The position numbers and the translations under genes were made by a program. 58,537 nt of DNA from Octopus bimaculoides (taxonomy: Eukaryota), in NCBI RefSeq assembly GCF_001194135.2, contig NC_068983.1, forward strand, positions 144,772,167-144,830,703, given 5' to 3'. This document shows positions 13,879 through 28,199 of this stretch, in pieces. A model generated the notes under the pieces. It was not told the DNA's origin, did no database searches, and was given only the letters and a program-made list of their open reading frames with translations. Every line of letters begins with the position of its first letter. Within the stretch, counting starts at the first letter, position 1.

Positions 13879-14650
13879 ACATCGATTATCATAGCATTTC
13901 GATACCATGAATGATGATTCGTCATTGTTGTTTAGGTCAAATTTTGCCTTTGCTAATAATTGTTTCATGTTCGACTGTCTTTTACTTAGAATCATAACCC
14001 GATCCGTGATTATATCCTTTAATCCATTACTTTGAACAATGATCGGCAAGTTTACTTTGGCAATGCTAAAGATATTTTGGTGACACCAAAATATCCATGT
14101 CAACAATATATCGTTAGCATTGTCAAAGCAAACTTGCCGATCATTGCTCAAAGTAATGAATTAAAGGATATAATCACGAATCAGGCTGTGATTCTAACTA
14201 AAAGACAGCCGAAGAACTTGAAACAATTATTAACAAAGCAAAGTTCGACCTAAGCAACAATGACGATTCACTCATTGTATCGAAATGCAATGATAATCGA
14301 TGTAGTACATGTCAGTTCATACATACCGGTCAATATATGAACACAGAAACCGGAAGAATATTAACAAATGCAAATATGAACTGCAAAAGCAAAAATTTAA
14401 TTTCCTGCATCAAATGATCGAATTGTGAAGAGATATACGTTGGTCAGACTAGGCTTGAATTATCGGAGCGTTCACGTGTGCACCAACAGCAAATTCGGGA
14501 CCCTGATGTCAATCAGATACCAACCATTTGGCAACAAGTAGTCAGAGAAATTTATAGTATTCCCATTCTACAAACTACACAACTCAAGTGAAATTGAGAG
14601 AAAAGTTAGAGAAAAGAATTTTATTGATAAATTCAAACCCGTTCTAAATG
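13879..14650 (+). mobile_element. Penelope-like element fragment (Cys linker + GIY-YIG endonuclease) with inverted 5' duplication
   Basis: From 14084: ANLPII..KRQPKNLKQLL..KFDL..KCNDNRCSTC..NCKSKNLI..NCEEIYVGQT..R..HQQQIR (GIY-YIG). 13879-14082 is the reverse complement of 14084-14303. Confidence 0.85.
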
Positions 14651-15675
14651 GTCAGTTATAGTAACAGTGGTAATTATAATCATGATGGTAATGATAATAA
14701 GTATTACTGCTATTACTACTGCTTCCACCGCCAGCACTGTTAGTAGGTGGTAGTAGTGTTGACCAAATGAGCATTGACTCGATTGAAATGTAAACATTTC
14801 TGGAGTAGCAATAGAATTCAATGAAAACAGGAATGCTGTTTCCAACATTCCAAAATATAACCAAACAATTATTCCTTTAAGTGCTGTCAAAGTAAAGAAT
14901 CCTTGACATACCCACCAAACAGTAACATCTAAACCACATGCTGATTGGTCAAAATACAGTTCGTAAGATTCAGCCTGCTGGAGCCCGTCAGAGGTTATTT
15001 AAAGTATAAAAACAAGTGCTCAGCCCCTCCGCCCCACCGCTCATTCATATATAACAATAATCGTATTAGAGAAATAGCTCCGTCATAAGAATTTGGACAA
15101 CAAAAACAAATAAAGGTATGGTAAATACTATAAAAAAGTAAATTCTTCGTTTATCGAAGTTTAGTTCAGTTTTAGAGACAGAAAAAATAAACTCCAAGCG
15201 GAAAGTGCAATTGAAATCAGGTGAAACATGTGTAGGTTGCGGTGGAGTGGGGTGATAATCTCAAAAATAATCCAATCTTCGGAACTAACATTCCATTAAG
15301 AAACAGGTTCTATTTCTACGAGTGTTTGTATGTGAGGGTGTATTTTTTCGTTGTAATAGAGAAAACGAATACTAGAATAGAAATATTTTGATCTGTCAGA
15401 GAAGGGGGAAAATGTTTGCAAAATGTAATTTTCAAATGAAGTCAAGTTGAACTTAATTTTTCATTCAAATGCTCCGTGAAATGCGAAATATTACTTCTTA
15501 ATTTTTAGGAAAAATAAAAAAAATCAATAAGAGCTTTCAAAATATCGAACAGTTTAGATTTTCAGTGGATCTCAGTGGATTTACTAGATTCGTTTTTTCA
15601 TAATGTTAATGCAATCACAAAATAAGCCAAAAAAAGAGAATTCCAACAGTTGTACAGTAGTGCTTAGTGCATATA

Positions 15676-15718
<43 letters not shown>

Positions 15719-18700
15719 CATACATACATACATACATAGGCGTGCACGCATGTATATTTATGTGTATGAGTACGTATGTATATATGTGTGCTATGTACAT
15801 ATACACACGTGTATGTATGAGTGTGTGTGCGCGTGTGTGAGTGTGTGAGTGAGTGTGTGTGCGCCTTTATAGATGAAGTATTTCATAGTTGATCCCCAAT
15901 TAACATACTTTGTCTCAGTTCAATATTATTATCTGAAGCTGTTTTCTTTTTTATCATCGTGATCAACGCCGATGATTTTCCAATCAGTTTTTATTTATTT
16001 ATTTATTCATTTATTTATTTATTTCTGGTAACATCTGTATATTGATACGTGCATCACTAATTAAACCTCGACTTCTGACCTGAAATTACATTGTTTGCTG
16101 CGAGCTATTTTTATATTGTGCGTATTTAAGTTTTACATTTCCACTATATAAAAAAATGGAAATCAGAAACTACATCCAAAGAATACAATATATAAGAATA
16201 AAATCTATGTAAGTGAATGTTTAAGAAGTAAACCAAGCAGCAGAAAGTCCATAATGTGAGAGTTTACCACTGAACATAACGCTCTCTGAATGCTAAGCTT
16301 TTAAAACCTCGTGGAATTTCTGCTCGCAGAAAAGTCGATTTCAAAATTTGCTTAATAATAGTATTGCTTTGTATGTCGTTTTGTGGATTGAGGTTGATTT
16401 AGGTTATATGTGCATCATGACAGTTTAGATGTCAGTAGTTCCTATAGGTTCTTTTATGTGCTTAAGTGTTCATGACCGTGCGTGTTTGTGCGCGCCCGTG
16501 CATTTGTGAGTATGTATGGGTACATGTTTCTTAATGTATTTGTGCCAATGTGGCGACGAAATAAACTAGCCGGATGTTTGAATAGTTTATATCTATCGCT
16601 GTTACTGCTTTTTTTTCTTCTGTTGTTGTGAGGGGCTGACAATCGTTATTGTCTTCATTTGCCAATGAATGGGTGTTGCACAGGTTACAGGTTTATTGCT
16701 ATTTTGCTGTTGTTGATCTTCACATATTGAGCGCCAGCTATTTGTTGTGAGTAATGTTAAATGTATATGTTACGGAGTTACGTTTAATGATGTTTTTAAT
16801 ATATGTGAGAACAGCTGATATTACATCCGGGAGAAAATCAGATTTACCGACTGTTTCTATCTCTACATCGACTAGTTGATGCGATGCACTTTTCAAATTG
16901 TCAGCTTAGCAAGACCGAAAATAATCACCTTGAAATGAAAGGTACAGCTAATAATTATCAGTAGAGTGAAGTAGCAAAATATGCTAAACATGTTTCTTCT
17001 ATAGTCATCTACTTCCAAATGTATGAATTCTACTAAAACGTTATTTGCTACCTAAATTACAAGGAGAAGAGATTCTCGTTGTTGCAGCAATATCTATTAT
17101 ATTATTATATTTTACAACAGCTAACTGTTTTGTAAATAAATTCAGAATGTTCTTATCGGTTGGCTTAAGACGTAAGTTTCAGTGGTTTTCAAGCAAAACT
17201 GCATTATAAAAGAAACAGTTCGGTAACACACCAACGCTGTAGTCATTGTTCAGCTTCTTGTACTACATTTCTTGAGTCTCTGGTTAGTTTAAATCCTTCC
17301 TGTACAATTCTGCCATATTGACATGCTACGTTATTCTTCATGCACATCACACACTTCACCGATGACTTTATAGACAATATGGGCGTGATTTTGGAGTTAT
17401 TTTGTTTTGTTTTCACTTAATCAGTCACAGAAGTTTCATTGCCTATGACGTATTTTGGCGCCTCCAAAACTGATCGGAGGAAAAGTAAAGGCTATCTGTA
17501 GGAGAAAGATCTTGCCCGAACTTTTGCAATAAATTGGACTCCACTAAAGTCACCCTAAGGCTAGACGACGGCATTAAAATGTGTGACAGGAACTCTCCTT
17601 GCACCGGGCTTGCACAGAATTTTCTTATACCAAATTTCATTGAACCTAGTCGGCATGTAGCTATAGCAAAGCCAACTTCTTATTGTACCGAGTAATAAGA
17701 TTAAATCGAAACCCAAGTAAATGCAAAGTGATGTTTTTGACTACGTATCTAGAATAGATATCACAAATATTATAAAATATATTTTTACTGCTGATCTTAT
17801 ATCAATTATCTACTCACTATTCACTGCAAGGTTTACCATGTACCCATTAAATGAAGATGAAATCTAGCAGACGAGAAAGTTTCATAAGCTGGTTATTATA
17901 TCCCATTGAAACAGGTACGCTTCTTTGAAAGTACTAATAACCATGAAGATTTAACCGATCGTCTCTCCAATAAAACAAAAAACCTTTCCGCTCAGTTTTT
18001 ATAAAATTTATTCCATTTAAAGTGTTAGTGTCAGTAGCTTTCCTCCGCTTAGTAAACACAATAACTTTAATTGGAAGCTTAAACTGAGTTCACTTCCTCG
18101 CCAAAATGATGAAAGTTTATGAAGTCTTTGAAAACATAATTATATCATAATTATGATATTAAGGAGGTTCATTTGAAACTGCTAAATAACTTTCTTTCCC
18201 GATATGTTAACAAATTTAATCAGTTGAGAATATTTCTACTTGTAAATATTAAATAATGAAGATGAAATTAGAAATCCTCTTTGAATAACATATTTTGTCT
18301 CCTAAAGGCTATTTACAATTTGATTATATATTGCTAGGAGACGAGATGATATTTGATGTAAAGAAATGTTTCTAACATTCAACTAAAACACTGAGAAAAT
18401 TATTTGGCTTGAACCCATAGAGTATATATAATAATGAAATGACAATTGTGAATATACATCTGTTTTCAAGTTACAATTGTAGTGAACTACATCTAATTCA
18501 TCACCCTACAGAAAAATATATAAAACAGAAGAATGAATAACATGCATGATAGTAACTAATTGCTAATTAAGATTTCCAGCTAATTATCTTTTGTTTTCTA
18601 TCTTCACGAAATACGGGAGTTATAAAGAAAGAGCACTTGAAATGTGTGAAAAGAGTTAACTGTTAATTAAAGCTAAGACTCCCATCCTTCTTAATATATT

Positions 18701-21700
18701 CAAAGCCAATACAATTGACCTTGCGAATTTCATTGATTATAGTTTCGTTATGATACAATTTGCTTTAGGAATAAACATTCAAAAGGTAACAAAAACAATA
18801 ATTGTTATGAGAATTGTTGTTCCTAGCTATTCCCACCTTAATCCTAACTCTTCAAAAATTTTATGGCACAGAAGGTTTCGCTGAGATTCAGCTTCTGCAA
18901 ATCCTTTACAGTTTAATGTTTTGACAGACATGCAGTGAATTGAAATGGCTTAGTACTTGGTTATTCTATTGGCATGAACGACTTGGATGTTGTACCGTTC
19001 ATTAGCTGTACTAACATTGTAGTTCCAGATACACTGTTCTTTGATACATGATACACTTACGACAAGTGTGAGTTTTCTACTTTGTTAATAATTACAATGC
19101 AATACGTACATTGACGTGACCAGCAGTTAGATTTATATTTATGAACACTCGCTGACCTTGTAGAACTAAATTTTCCAAGTGTTTTTTTTTTTACGTTTTT
19201 ATACTATTATCTATCTTTGGTGATAGAGGCGCTAGTTGTCGTGGATATCCCTCACTGAAGAAGATAATTATCTTATTTTCCCTTTCGAGAATTCATTAAT
19301 GACTGAACAATTCAAGTATTGATTGCTGAATTTTTTCACACCGGACACAACTTGTGATCATTAAGAATTTTGGAAGACTAGATTCTGCTGCACTTCCTCC
19401 TCTCGTTCATTTTCTGTTCAAGATGTTCAGGGATCTTTCCATTCTCAAAGTGTGTCTCTTTGAGTGACTAAGTTGTTCGACCTTAAATGGTTACCACTTC
19501 TTTCAGTCATTTTTTTTTTCCGTTTAATGTGGAAGAACTAAGTACCCAGGGTTTAAAATTCTACTCCTGACACTCATCACTGATCGTCGAAAGACTTTCA
19601 GTGTGCTAAAGGTGCCAAGACTTCACATCACAAAGATCGTTGTGACCCCAGTGGCTGAACAAACACATTGAGAATATGTTTATATGCCATTTTTGGCCGG
19701 TAAACATCCAATCGTTGTGTAGTCTCAATCGCAAAAGTAACCCGGAAGAAAGGAATCGAGCAGGTGATGCAGCCTTTCTCTACCTTCATGGACATTGAAT
19801 TACGATGATAGTTATCTTCGTATGTCCCCGCGTTGAGGTCTTCTGCGGTTGAACTCACTTAATCTGCTATCTCCGCCATAAAGTTGCCGTCATCGCGACC
19901 TCCGACTGCATCGCTTGAGGTGTGAGTGAAGCTGGTAGGCCTTCTCACTGCGGTAAGATGTCGGTTCTGAGAAAAGGATAATTAGACTGTATCTGTGGCG
20001 AAGAAAATATATTAGGAAAATGCATATTATTTTTTAATCCACAGAACATTCGCTAGTGGTACGGTATACAATGCTTGATGAATTTTCAAGAATGTGTATG
20101 CGTGTATCAATATCTGTATGAGCGGGTGTATGCATGTGTGTGTGTTTGTGTGTATGTGTGTGTTTGTGTGGTCTTTCAGTATTAGTACTCCAAGCTAAAG
20201 AACTACTCACTAATTAAAAGCTCTAGTACTTATGTCAGTAGAGCACCACTTCATTTACGACCTGTAGATTACATCGCAGAATCATATAAAAGCAATATGT
20301 CACTGAGATATTTTTTATTGTCTTTGCAGCAAAGTATTATTAATTTATCATATATTTTAATTAAGTGTAATAATCCTAATTTGACTGTTCTTTGTCAGTT
20401 AGATAATTTGGTAAAATACATTTCACATGGACGAAAATGAAATATATATACCGAGGTACAAAGTCTAAATAACATTCCTTGATCAATAAGTGATTATATA
20501 AGTAACTGGCCATCCGTTTAATATTAATGAAAATAATATATATTGATGCTTCATAAAGCAAATATTATGTCCTCATATTTTGAGCAAGCCCATTTTGACC
20601 TTCAGTAAATGGATCCTAGATTCTCAATTTTATCTTATAGTTTTACCTTCTAAGTTCTCTTTCTATTCTTTGTAATTTATATTTTCTTTATATATTTATG
20701 TTTGTGTCGTTACCTCACACTATATATTTTAGTGTCTTTATCGACAACATTTTAACATCTGAATTGATTTTTATCTTAATCAATTTTAAGAAAAGACAGG
20801 TGAAATATTTTAGTACAGTCGATGTTTTTAGCTTTTGTATCTCTCTCATCGCATACATAATTTAATAATATATCATCTCCCTATAAAAGCGTCAGATGAA
20901 TAGATAATGAACATACGCACAGCCATATAGAGACGAAGACACATACAAACTTTTATACCTATGTTCATATCAAATTTATGTATCTAAAAAACGTGTTCAT
21001 ACTGTGTAATATAGTATTAATCATTTGATTCTTCATATTGTTTACTCTTATTTGTGACTTGCAAACTAATGTATATAATTGAATTTTAAATTCTAAATTC
21101 TAAAAGTATATTTGCATTTTTTGTAACCCTCCTTCTTTAATCAGATTATCATATTGCTAAAATATCATGAACTAATGATCTCATAGAGGGAAACTGTTAG
21201 AAAGAATATTTATGACTACCTGTAGTATTGACTTGTTTCCGTAAACTCCTAAGTGGTTATTCAATCTACTAGAAATAATAGCCCTTTACCATTGAGTGGG
21301 AGATGTGAAAATCGTTGTTTAGATAAAATGTGGTAAGCTCCAGCGGGAGAATTGTTTTCATGCATTGGCCGGAAATGAGATTCATGGGGGCATTGTCATG
21401 TGAATTTTCCTATATGTTACTTAATTGTAATTTTCAATAAACTCAGACTAAACTTGGGGACTTAAAGGCGTGAGTAAGAGTCTATCTATTCTTTGGCATC
21501 AAAGTATAAAAGATTTGACTCGCTTATGTATCGTTATAACTATAAACGTTGGAATATTAAGCTTACCTTTAGATAAACATTAAGCTTTGGTAAATTTGAT
21601 CTCCGATCGAAATCAAATATATTAAATTATTGTATAATGAAATGAAAATGATCTAAGAAAATTAATTCGTTAATTCAGAGATGCCAGTAGAAAGTATTTG

Positions 21701-21903
21701 AACAATAGAAATATATCTCCTCCTCTTCGGAACAGGAGAAAACACGTGGGATGGAGGCTCGCTGAAGAGGTCACAGGACGTGTGCCGAAAAGATTTCCAG
21801 ACAGAGGACATAAAATAAGAACAATAATAAACAAGTGAAGAATGAATATATAGTGCGTGTATTCATTTGGCAAGACAAAAATGACTACCTCGGAATATAA
21901 CAC

Positions 21904-21934
<31 letters not shown>

Positions 21935-21999
21935 NNNNNNNNNNNNNNNNNNNNNNNNNNNNNNNNNNNNNNNNNNNNNNNNNNNNNNNNNNNNNNNNN

Positions 22000-22047
<48 letters not shown>

Positions 22048-22186
22048 GTGTATGTATGTGTCTGTGCGCGGTCAGGTGCATCTACAATTAGTATTTATGT
22101 ATCTTTATACATGCAACATACATATGTATATGTAGGTATTTTAAATCAAAATTTGTGATAAAGTCGTCAATATCCACGTATTTCAG

Positions 22187-22343
22187 CTTGACCTGCTAAA
22201 AATTGTAGTCAAATCGCTATCGAATCAAATCTTAGCACTGGATGTAAAGGAGGAGACATTCCACAATGAAGAGGCAAATATAAAAATGACCTCTTGTTAC
22301 AGCTGGAACATCTTTGATCATATATCTTCTCTACTTGATCAAA
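22187..22343 (+). CDS. Candidate orphan exon, product unknown
   Basis: tatttcag| acceptor, A|gtaaga donor, 157 nt open frame LDLLKIVVKSLSNQILALDVKEETFHNEEANIKMTSCYSWNIFDHISSLLDQ. Ends in phase 1, compatible with the 33518 exon. No recognisable domain. Confidence 0.3.
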
Positions 22344-22479
22344 GTAAGACCAGTGTAATAGAATAACAGATTGCATTTTGTAGCTTCCCGGGTTTGGAGC
22401 AAATTGCTTTCACATTTATGTTTTTTATGCCTCAAGAGAATAAACAAGCACAATTATAAACATATGTATATATGTATGC

Positions 22480-22590
22480 ATGCATAGCAGCCATGGCAAA
22501 ATGCTTGCTCACTTTTAGTGAATGCATGCATAGCAGCCATAGCAATATATTTGTTCACTTTTAGTGAAACGTTTGCTCACTTTAGTGAAT
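22480..22590. repeat. Short imperfect tandem repeat (~45 bp)
   Basis: atgcatgcatagcagccat..ttg(c/t)tcacttttagtgaa repeated. Confidence 0.7.
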
Positions 22591-23719
22591 AATTGTTTTA
22601 GCCTTACTAATTACCCTATCGAAAGACATGCGAGGCAATTCTTTTATTTCCTTACGATCTTACAGTCTGAAGTTTACAAAAAATTCTCCTTCATCACGAA
22701 ACTCTACTTTTTCGAGTGAAGGCAAGTGAACTAATAATAGCTGGTAATATATGCTTAATGATATTGTACACGAATATTTTACTACTGTATACCAAAAGGG
22801 TTACGTTAAATACTTGGTAGAAAAAAACATTTGTGTCAACTTAAAAAGCAGTCAGAAACATTGGTTTCAAATAGTCTAAAATGTTACGGGTTCCTTTCGC
22901 TTTTATACAATTTTACATCTTTCTCTTCTAGCTTTGTCAGAAAACATAAATAAAGGAATATGAATTTTTCTAGCTTTCTTTGTAAATCTCCCAAACTCTT
23001 TTTCTTTGCATAAATAGCAAAATACAATTTAAGGGAAATAATTCAAATGAGCTGATGGCATTAGTTTATGTAAATGTAGTAGATGGTGAACGACAGGGTA
23101 AACTGATGACAAGCTGCGATCTTTCTGTTTTTTCTTTTATTCTTTCTTTCTTTTTTTTTTCATTTGACCTTTTTACAACTCACTTTTCTTCTGATATAAT
23201 TCTTGCAGATGTTATGGATACATTTGAAACGATGTCGATTTTAGTTTATTTTTTTTTACCTTAGATTGCAACGATAAACTAAATATTTTCTGCCCCATTA
23301 CAAAAACGTTTATACAAGTGGCCCTCGAATACGCATTCTTCACTTATCCGAATTAAATGACCAAATCAATTGTGATTAGTAGCGAATAAATTCAATACCT
23401 TGGAAGCAACATGTATGGAAAAGGTCAACGTTAGAGACTGCCTTTGCAAGTACACCTAGAGATATTCCATATATTTACCTTTCATGGATAGTATGCAATT
23501 ATTATGCTACATAGACTAAAAGAAATCTTTGACTAAGATTCATTGAGTATGAAGCACACAAATTTTGTTTCAACATGTCATCCCACTCGTTACAGACACG
23601 GCAGTGCAATTAACCAAAAGATTCTGTTGCATTCGTAACTATTTACCATCTCTTTATCTATAGAAGCACTTTCATTAATTCTATCACTCACATAGGGAGG
23701 AGACCTTATATATATATTG

Positions 23720-23922
23720 GATTCAAATTTCGGTGCCAGGCCAGCAGTTTCGGAGAAAGGGCTAAGTCGGTTACATCGACTCCAGTGCTCAACTAATACT
23801 GATTTTATCAACCCCGAAACAATGAAAGGCAAAACCGGCCAAGGTGGAATTTAAACTCAGAACGTGAAGGCGGACACTAAGAGTTTTCCCGGCAAGCTAA
23901 CGATTCTGCCAGCACGCCGCCT
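23720..23922 (-). mobile_element. Copy of the 46199-type SINE
   Basis: Reverse complement begins ggcgtgctggcagaatcgttagcttgccggg and ends ggagtcgatgtaaccgact..gaaatttgaa. Confidence 0.75.
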
Positions 23923-24374
23923 TCTATGATCTTAGATATATTAGATCATAACCACTTGTGCGTAATTTGTTGAGAAAAATAAATGTAGGCGAGATGTGTT
24001 TTACTCCCTTCATTATGTGTTTTTAACTTAGTTACACAGCCAGACAAGTTTGGGTGGGGAGTTTGTCGCTATTCCCCCAGTACATAATTGGTCAGCGAGT
24101 TATCATTTCCGGAACAATGAAACATAAATTTGACGGCGATGGGACTTGAACTCAGGCGTAAAATCAAAAGAAATACCGCAAGCATTTTGTCCGGCATTAT
24201 AATGATTCAGCATAACTACTGCCTTTATATACATATCTACATATATACATGCACATACGCGTACACACACATATATATGTATATGTGCATACGTGCATAC
24301 GTGCATATGTGCATACGTACAAACACACACACACGCACATATGTATATGTACATACGCACAGACACACACACAC

Positions 24375-24473
<99 letters not shown>

Positions 24474-24500
24474 TATGTGTGTGTGTGTCCATATATTATG

Positions 24501-24551
<51 letters not shown>

Positions 24552-25235
24552 CCATATATATGAGTGAGTATGTCCATATATTACGTATTTGTGTAGTAAA
24601 TTACAAGCATTTGTAATGTTTATTCTTAAAATGTTTGTATGAATCTTCATTATATTTTTATTCCTTATTCTTGTGTTAATTACATATGGAACATTTTAGT
24701 AATTACCGCTTTATTCTTTTGTATATTCATATCAGTTTTATTTATTACTGAATTTAATTGATATTGCGAATCTAATAACAAATTGTAATTAATCACAGCT
24801 TTAAGTGTTTATTTTAGTTTTTATCTTCAAACCACTGATTTTTTAAAACTTATTTCTATCACTGTGCTTAATTCGTGATTGTCAATGCAAATATCTAAGT
24901 ATTGACTCTCGTGAATTCAATGCATATAAAAATGTTGTAAACAAACACCTTTTACGTTACCATGGAGTTGATAGATAATGCGTTTTTCTCGCAAAGATCT
25001 ATTGTTTGGGAAACCGATTCAACCAAATCAGATGATAGAAGTACAGATTTTGCCAACAAGTTGCTACTGGCAGCCCATGAGAAGAAAAGAGATATTCCTC
25101 ATCATGACTTTGTCACAAATTTTGTGATCGAAGGCAAAGCGCACGACTATAGCTTGTTCTTTATTTAACTTTCTGTCGCCTGGTGTCATGGGTGCTATTC
25201 ACTATTATAAGAAACCCAACTCGTATATCTTAAAC

Positions 25236-25556
25236 CAAGGGTTCTCAATCAATTTATATCTATTGACCCTCGGATTATTGTCTTATTCTGATGGACCACC
25301 ACAGCCATTTGATATTTAAAAACTAGTTTTATAGAAACTTCTTTCAAAATTCTTATTTTGTATTTTACACATTAACTTGCGCAGGCTATTTCTTGTAATA
25401 CATACCATGACATACATCTAAAGTAAATTTTTTTCAGGGGCCCTTAAAATACTATTGTAGTTCTCAAATTTATTATTTTGTTACGTGGACTCTTCCACCC
25501 AAACAAAATTTTAATGGATCCTAAGGGGCCATACGGACACCAGTTGAGAACTCCTG
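25236..25556. mobile_element. hAT-type MITE
   Basis: Imperfect TIRs caagggttctcaa (25236) / ttgagaactcctg (25544-25556). 8-bp flanks tcttaaac vs tcctaaat (6/8) once the nested SINE is removed. Confidence 0.75.
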
Positions 25557-25560
25557 TCCT

Positions 25561-25951
25561 TGCTGTTGTTGTTGGCACTCCGTCGCTTACGATGTCGAGG
25601 GTTCCAGTTGATCCGATCAACGGAACAGCCTGCTCGTGAAATTAAAGTGCAAGTGGATGAGCACTCCACAGATACGTGTACCCTTAATGTAGTTCTCAGG
25701 GATATTCAGCGTGACACAGAGTGTGACAAGGCTGACCCTTTGAATTACAGGCACAACAGAAACAGGAAGTAAAAGTGAGAGAAAGTTGTGGTGAAAGAGT
25801 ACAGCAGGGTTCGCCACCATTCCCTGCCGGAGCCTCGTGGAGCTTTAGGTGTTTTCGCTCATACACTCACATCGCCCGCTCTGGGAATCAAAACCGTGAT
25901 CCTATGACCGCGAGCCCGCTGCCCTTACCACTGGGCCATTGCGCCTCCACT
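25561..25951 (-). mobile_element. Full-length tRNA-derived SINE with 11-bp TSD
   Basis: A box tggcccagtggt, B box ggttttgattcc, (aac)n-like tail. TSD actcctgtcct at 25550-25560 and 25952-25962. Tail shared with the SINE at 51800. Confidence 0.9.
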
Positions 25952-27088
25952 ACTCCTGTCCTAAATAATAAAGAAAAGTAAAATTCCAGGAAACTATTGT
26001 TCTTTTGAAATTGTAATAAATGAAGTTACTAATATTAGACATTCCTTTCCGAAATGTCAGGACTTACGTATAAACCTGGCATAAGAACTTCTCTTCCATA
26101 GATTTTGTCAGGGTATAGTGTTTACTTTACTATGTTTGTGTTAGTATTGGTTTCATTTGAACTCGTGAAATTAAATTTATTTTATTATTTTACATACACG
26201 CATAACTTCATTAAGTTGTGTTTTCTAAGCGTTTAGGAATAAATGTGAAATACTTAATGTCATTATATCATCAATTTAATTTGACATCCTCTTATTCTAT
26301 TGGCTTTAACATATATTCAATTCATATTTAGTAATGGAAATTCTTTCGGAACATCATGAATCGTGTTATAAAATGAAGATATGTTATAAATGTGTATATC
26401 TGCAAAACCGCCTCACCCCACCAATAATATAAGAAACTACCATAAATTTATATATTGTTCAGTTAGAAATAATTATGTATACCATTTATGCGTTGTTTGT
26501 CAGAAAAATACTCTATACCCTCGAAGGGATTAAAGATAATTTTATTTTGGTCGAATTAATTCCACTGCGTGCACAAAAAGTATCAAGAGACTGACTCGAT
26601 AAAAATGAATAATATAATATAATATAATATAATATAATAAAATTTGTATGTATATATATGTGTANNNNNNNNNNNNNNNNNNNNNNNNNNNNNNNNNNNN
26701 NNNNNNNNNNNNNNNNNNNNNNNNNNNNNNNNNNNNNNNNNNNNNNNNNNNNNNNNNNNNNNNNNNNNNNNNNNNNNNNNNNNNNNNNNNNNNNNNNNNN
26801 NNNNNNNNNNNNNNNNNNNNNNNNNNNNNNNNNNNNNNNNNNNNNNNNNNNNNNNNNNNNNNNNNNNNNNNNNNNNNNNNNNNNNNNNNNNNNNNNNNNN
26901 NNNNNNNNNNNNNNNNNNNNNNNNNNNNNNNNNNNNNNNNNNNNNNNNNNNNNNNNNNNNNNNNNNNNNNNNNNNNNNNNNNNNNNNNNNNNNNNNNNNN
27001 NNNNNNNNNNNNNNNNNNNNNNNNNNNNNNNNNNNNNNNNNNNNNNNNNNNNNNNNNNNNNNNNNNNNNNNNNNNNNNNNNNNNNNNN

Positions 27089-27140
<52 letters not shown>

Positions 27141-28199
27141 TGCGCATGCGTGTATAAGTGTAAGTTTGTGTGTTTGTGTGAGCATGTATGGATGTGTTGT
27201 GTCTTTGTGTGTCTGTTTGTATATGCATGTATTCCATTATATGTGCATTGAATTGTGTGAAGACATAGTCAATAGATATTTGTATATTTGTCCCATGTCC
27301 ATGTAAGAGTTTCACACAGCAGATAACTATGTATGAATGAGTTGCAGATGTCATCCTCATGAACTGGGCTCAAGAAGATATTTGATAAGATTAGTTCTAA
27401 GAATGCCGATGATAGATTGTTTGCAACATGGACATAGTAGTTTTGTTCGGTGAATATGTGATGAGTTATATTTGGCTCTTTGAACATATTAGCATCATGA
27501 TACACATCCTGATAAATATTGATATCTTACTCTTTCAAGAGGTCCTTGATAACTGAATATGTACCTTATATGTACTTTATAAGTTGCTTATAAATATTGT
27601 GTCGACTCGTACAATCTTTGTTGAATTCCCAAGGCTCTGTTCCTAGCAGCAAGACTCTGATACATACCTCTTCACTCTGAAATAATGCAATGAGCATTGA
27701 TTTAAGTTAACGGAAGTTCAATTAAAAGAAGGGTGAATTTCTAAAGCCATTTTTTGTACAGGAGTACCTGCCTTTCGGGAATTATGCGTTTCTGAAAACT
27801 AATCTTTACGCTAAATTCTAGTAAAGTGAAAATATTTTCCTATTGGTTCGTTTCAAGAGATATTTTTTTAGAAAAAATCTAAAAGTTCGAAACTTGACAG
27901 CCTTTATTCATGAAAGTAACAACTTATGAAAATAAACAGTAAGATGTCAATATCGATCAGGTTGTGTATAGATGTTGATTGCTGTGTGTGTGTGTGGGGG
28001 GGTATAGGTGGAATGAGAATTGCTGTGATGATAAGGGACACTCTCTTCTATCTTATTGTTCATCATCAACATTTATTCGAGACGCAAATAACTTATCAAA
28101 CGTTGATATTTATGGCTCTTCATTTTTTTCTATTAGTTCAGTGTAGGAATTAAGCTTAAGTAAAAACAACACTCGTAATGTTTATATTACGTTCCCGAT

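Noticed and set aside
18928-19067. Splice-bounded segment with TCSELK and SIGMNDLD, reminiscent of fibrinogen-like or C-type lectin motifs
   Set aside because: Requires a frameshift and reads through a stop; the motifs are too short.
21761-21800. CUGAAGA..GAAA..UUC hammerhead-like string
   Set aside because: Helix I and II pair poorly. At best a heavily decayed pLTR copy.
24962-25168. 68-aa ORF vaguely like a hAT dimerisation domain
   Set aside because: Lacks the ERxFS motif; similarity is too weak to call.
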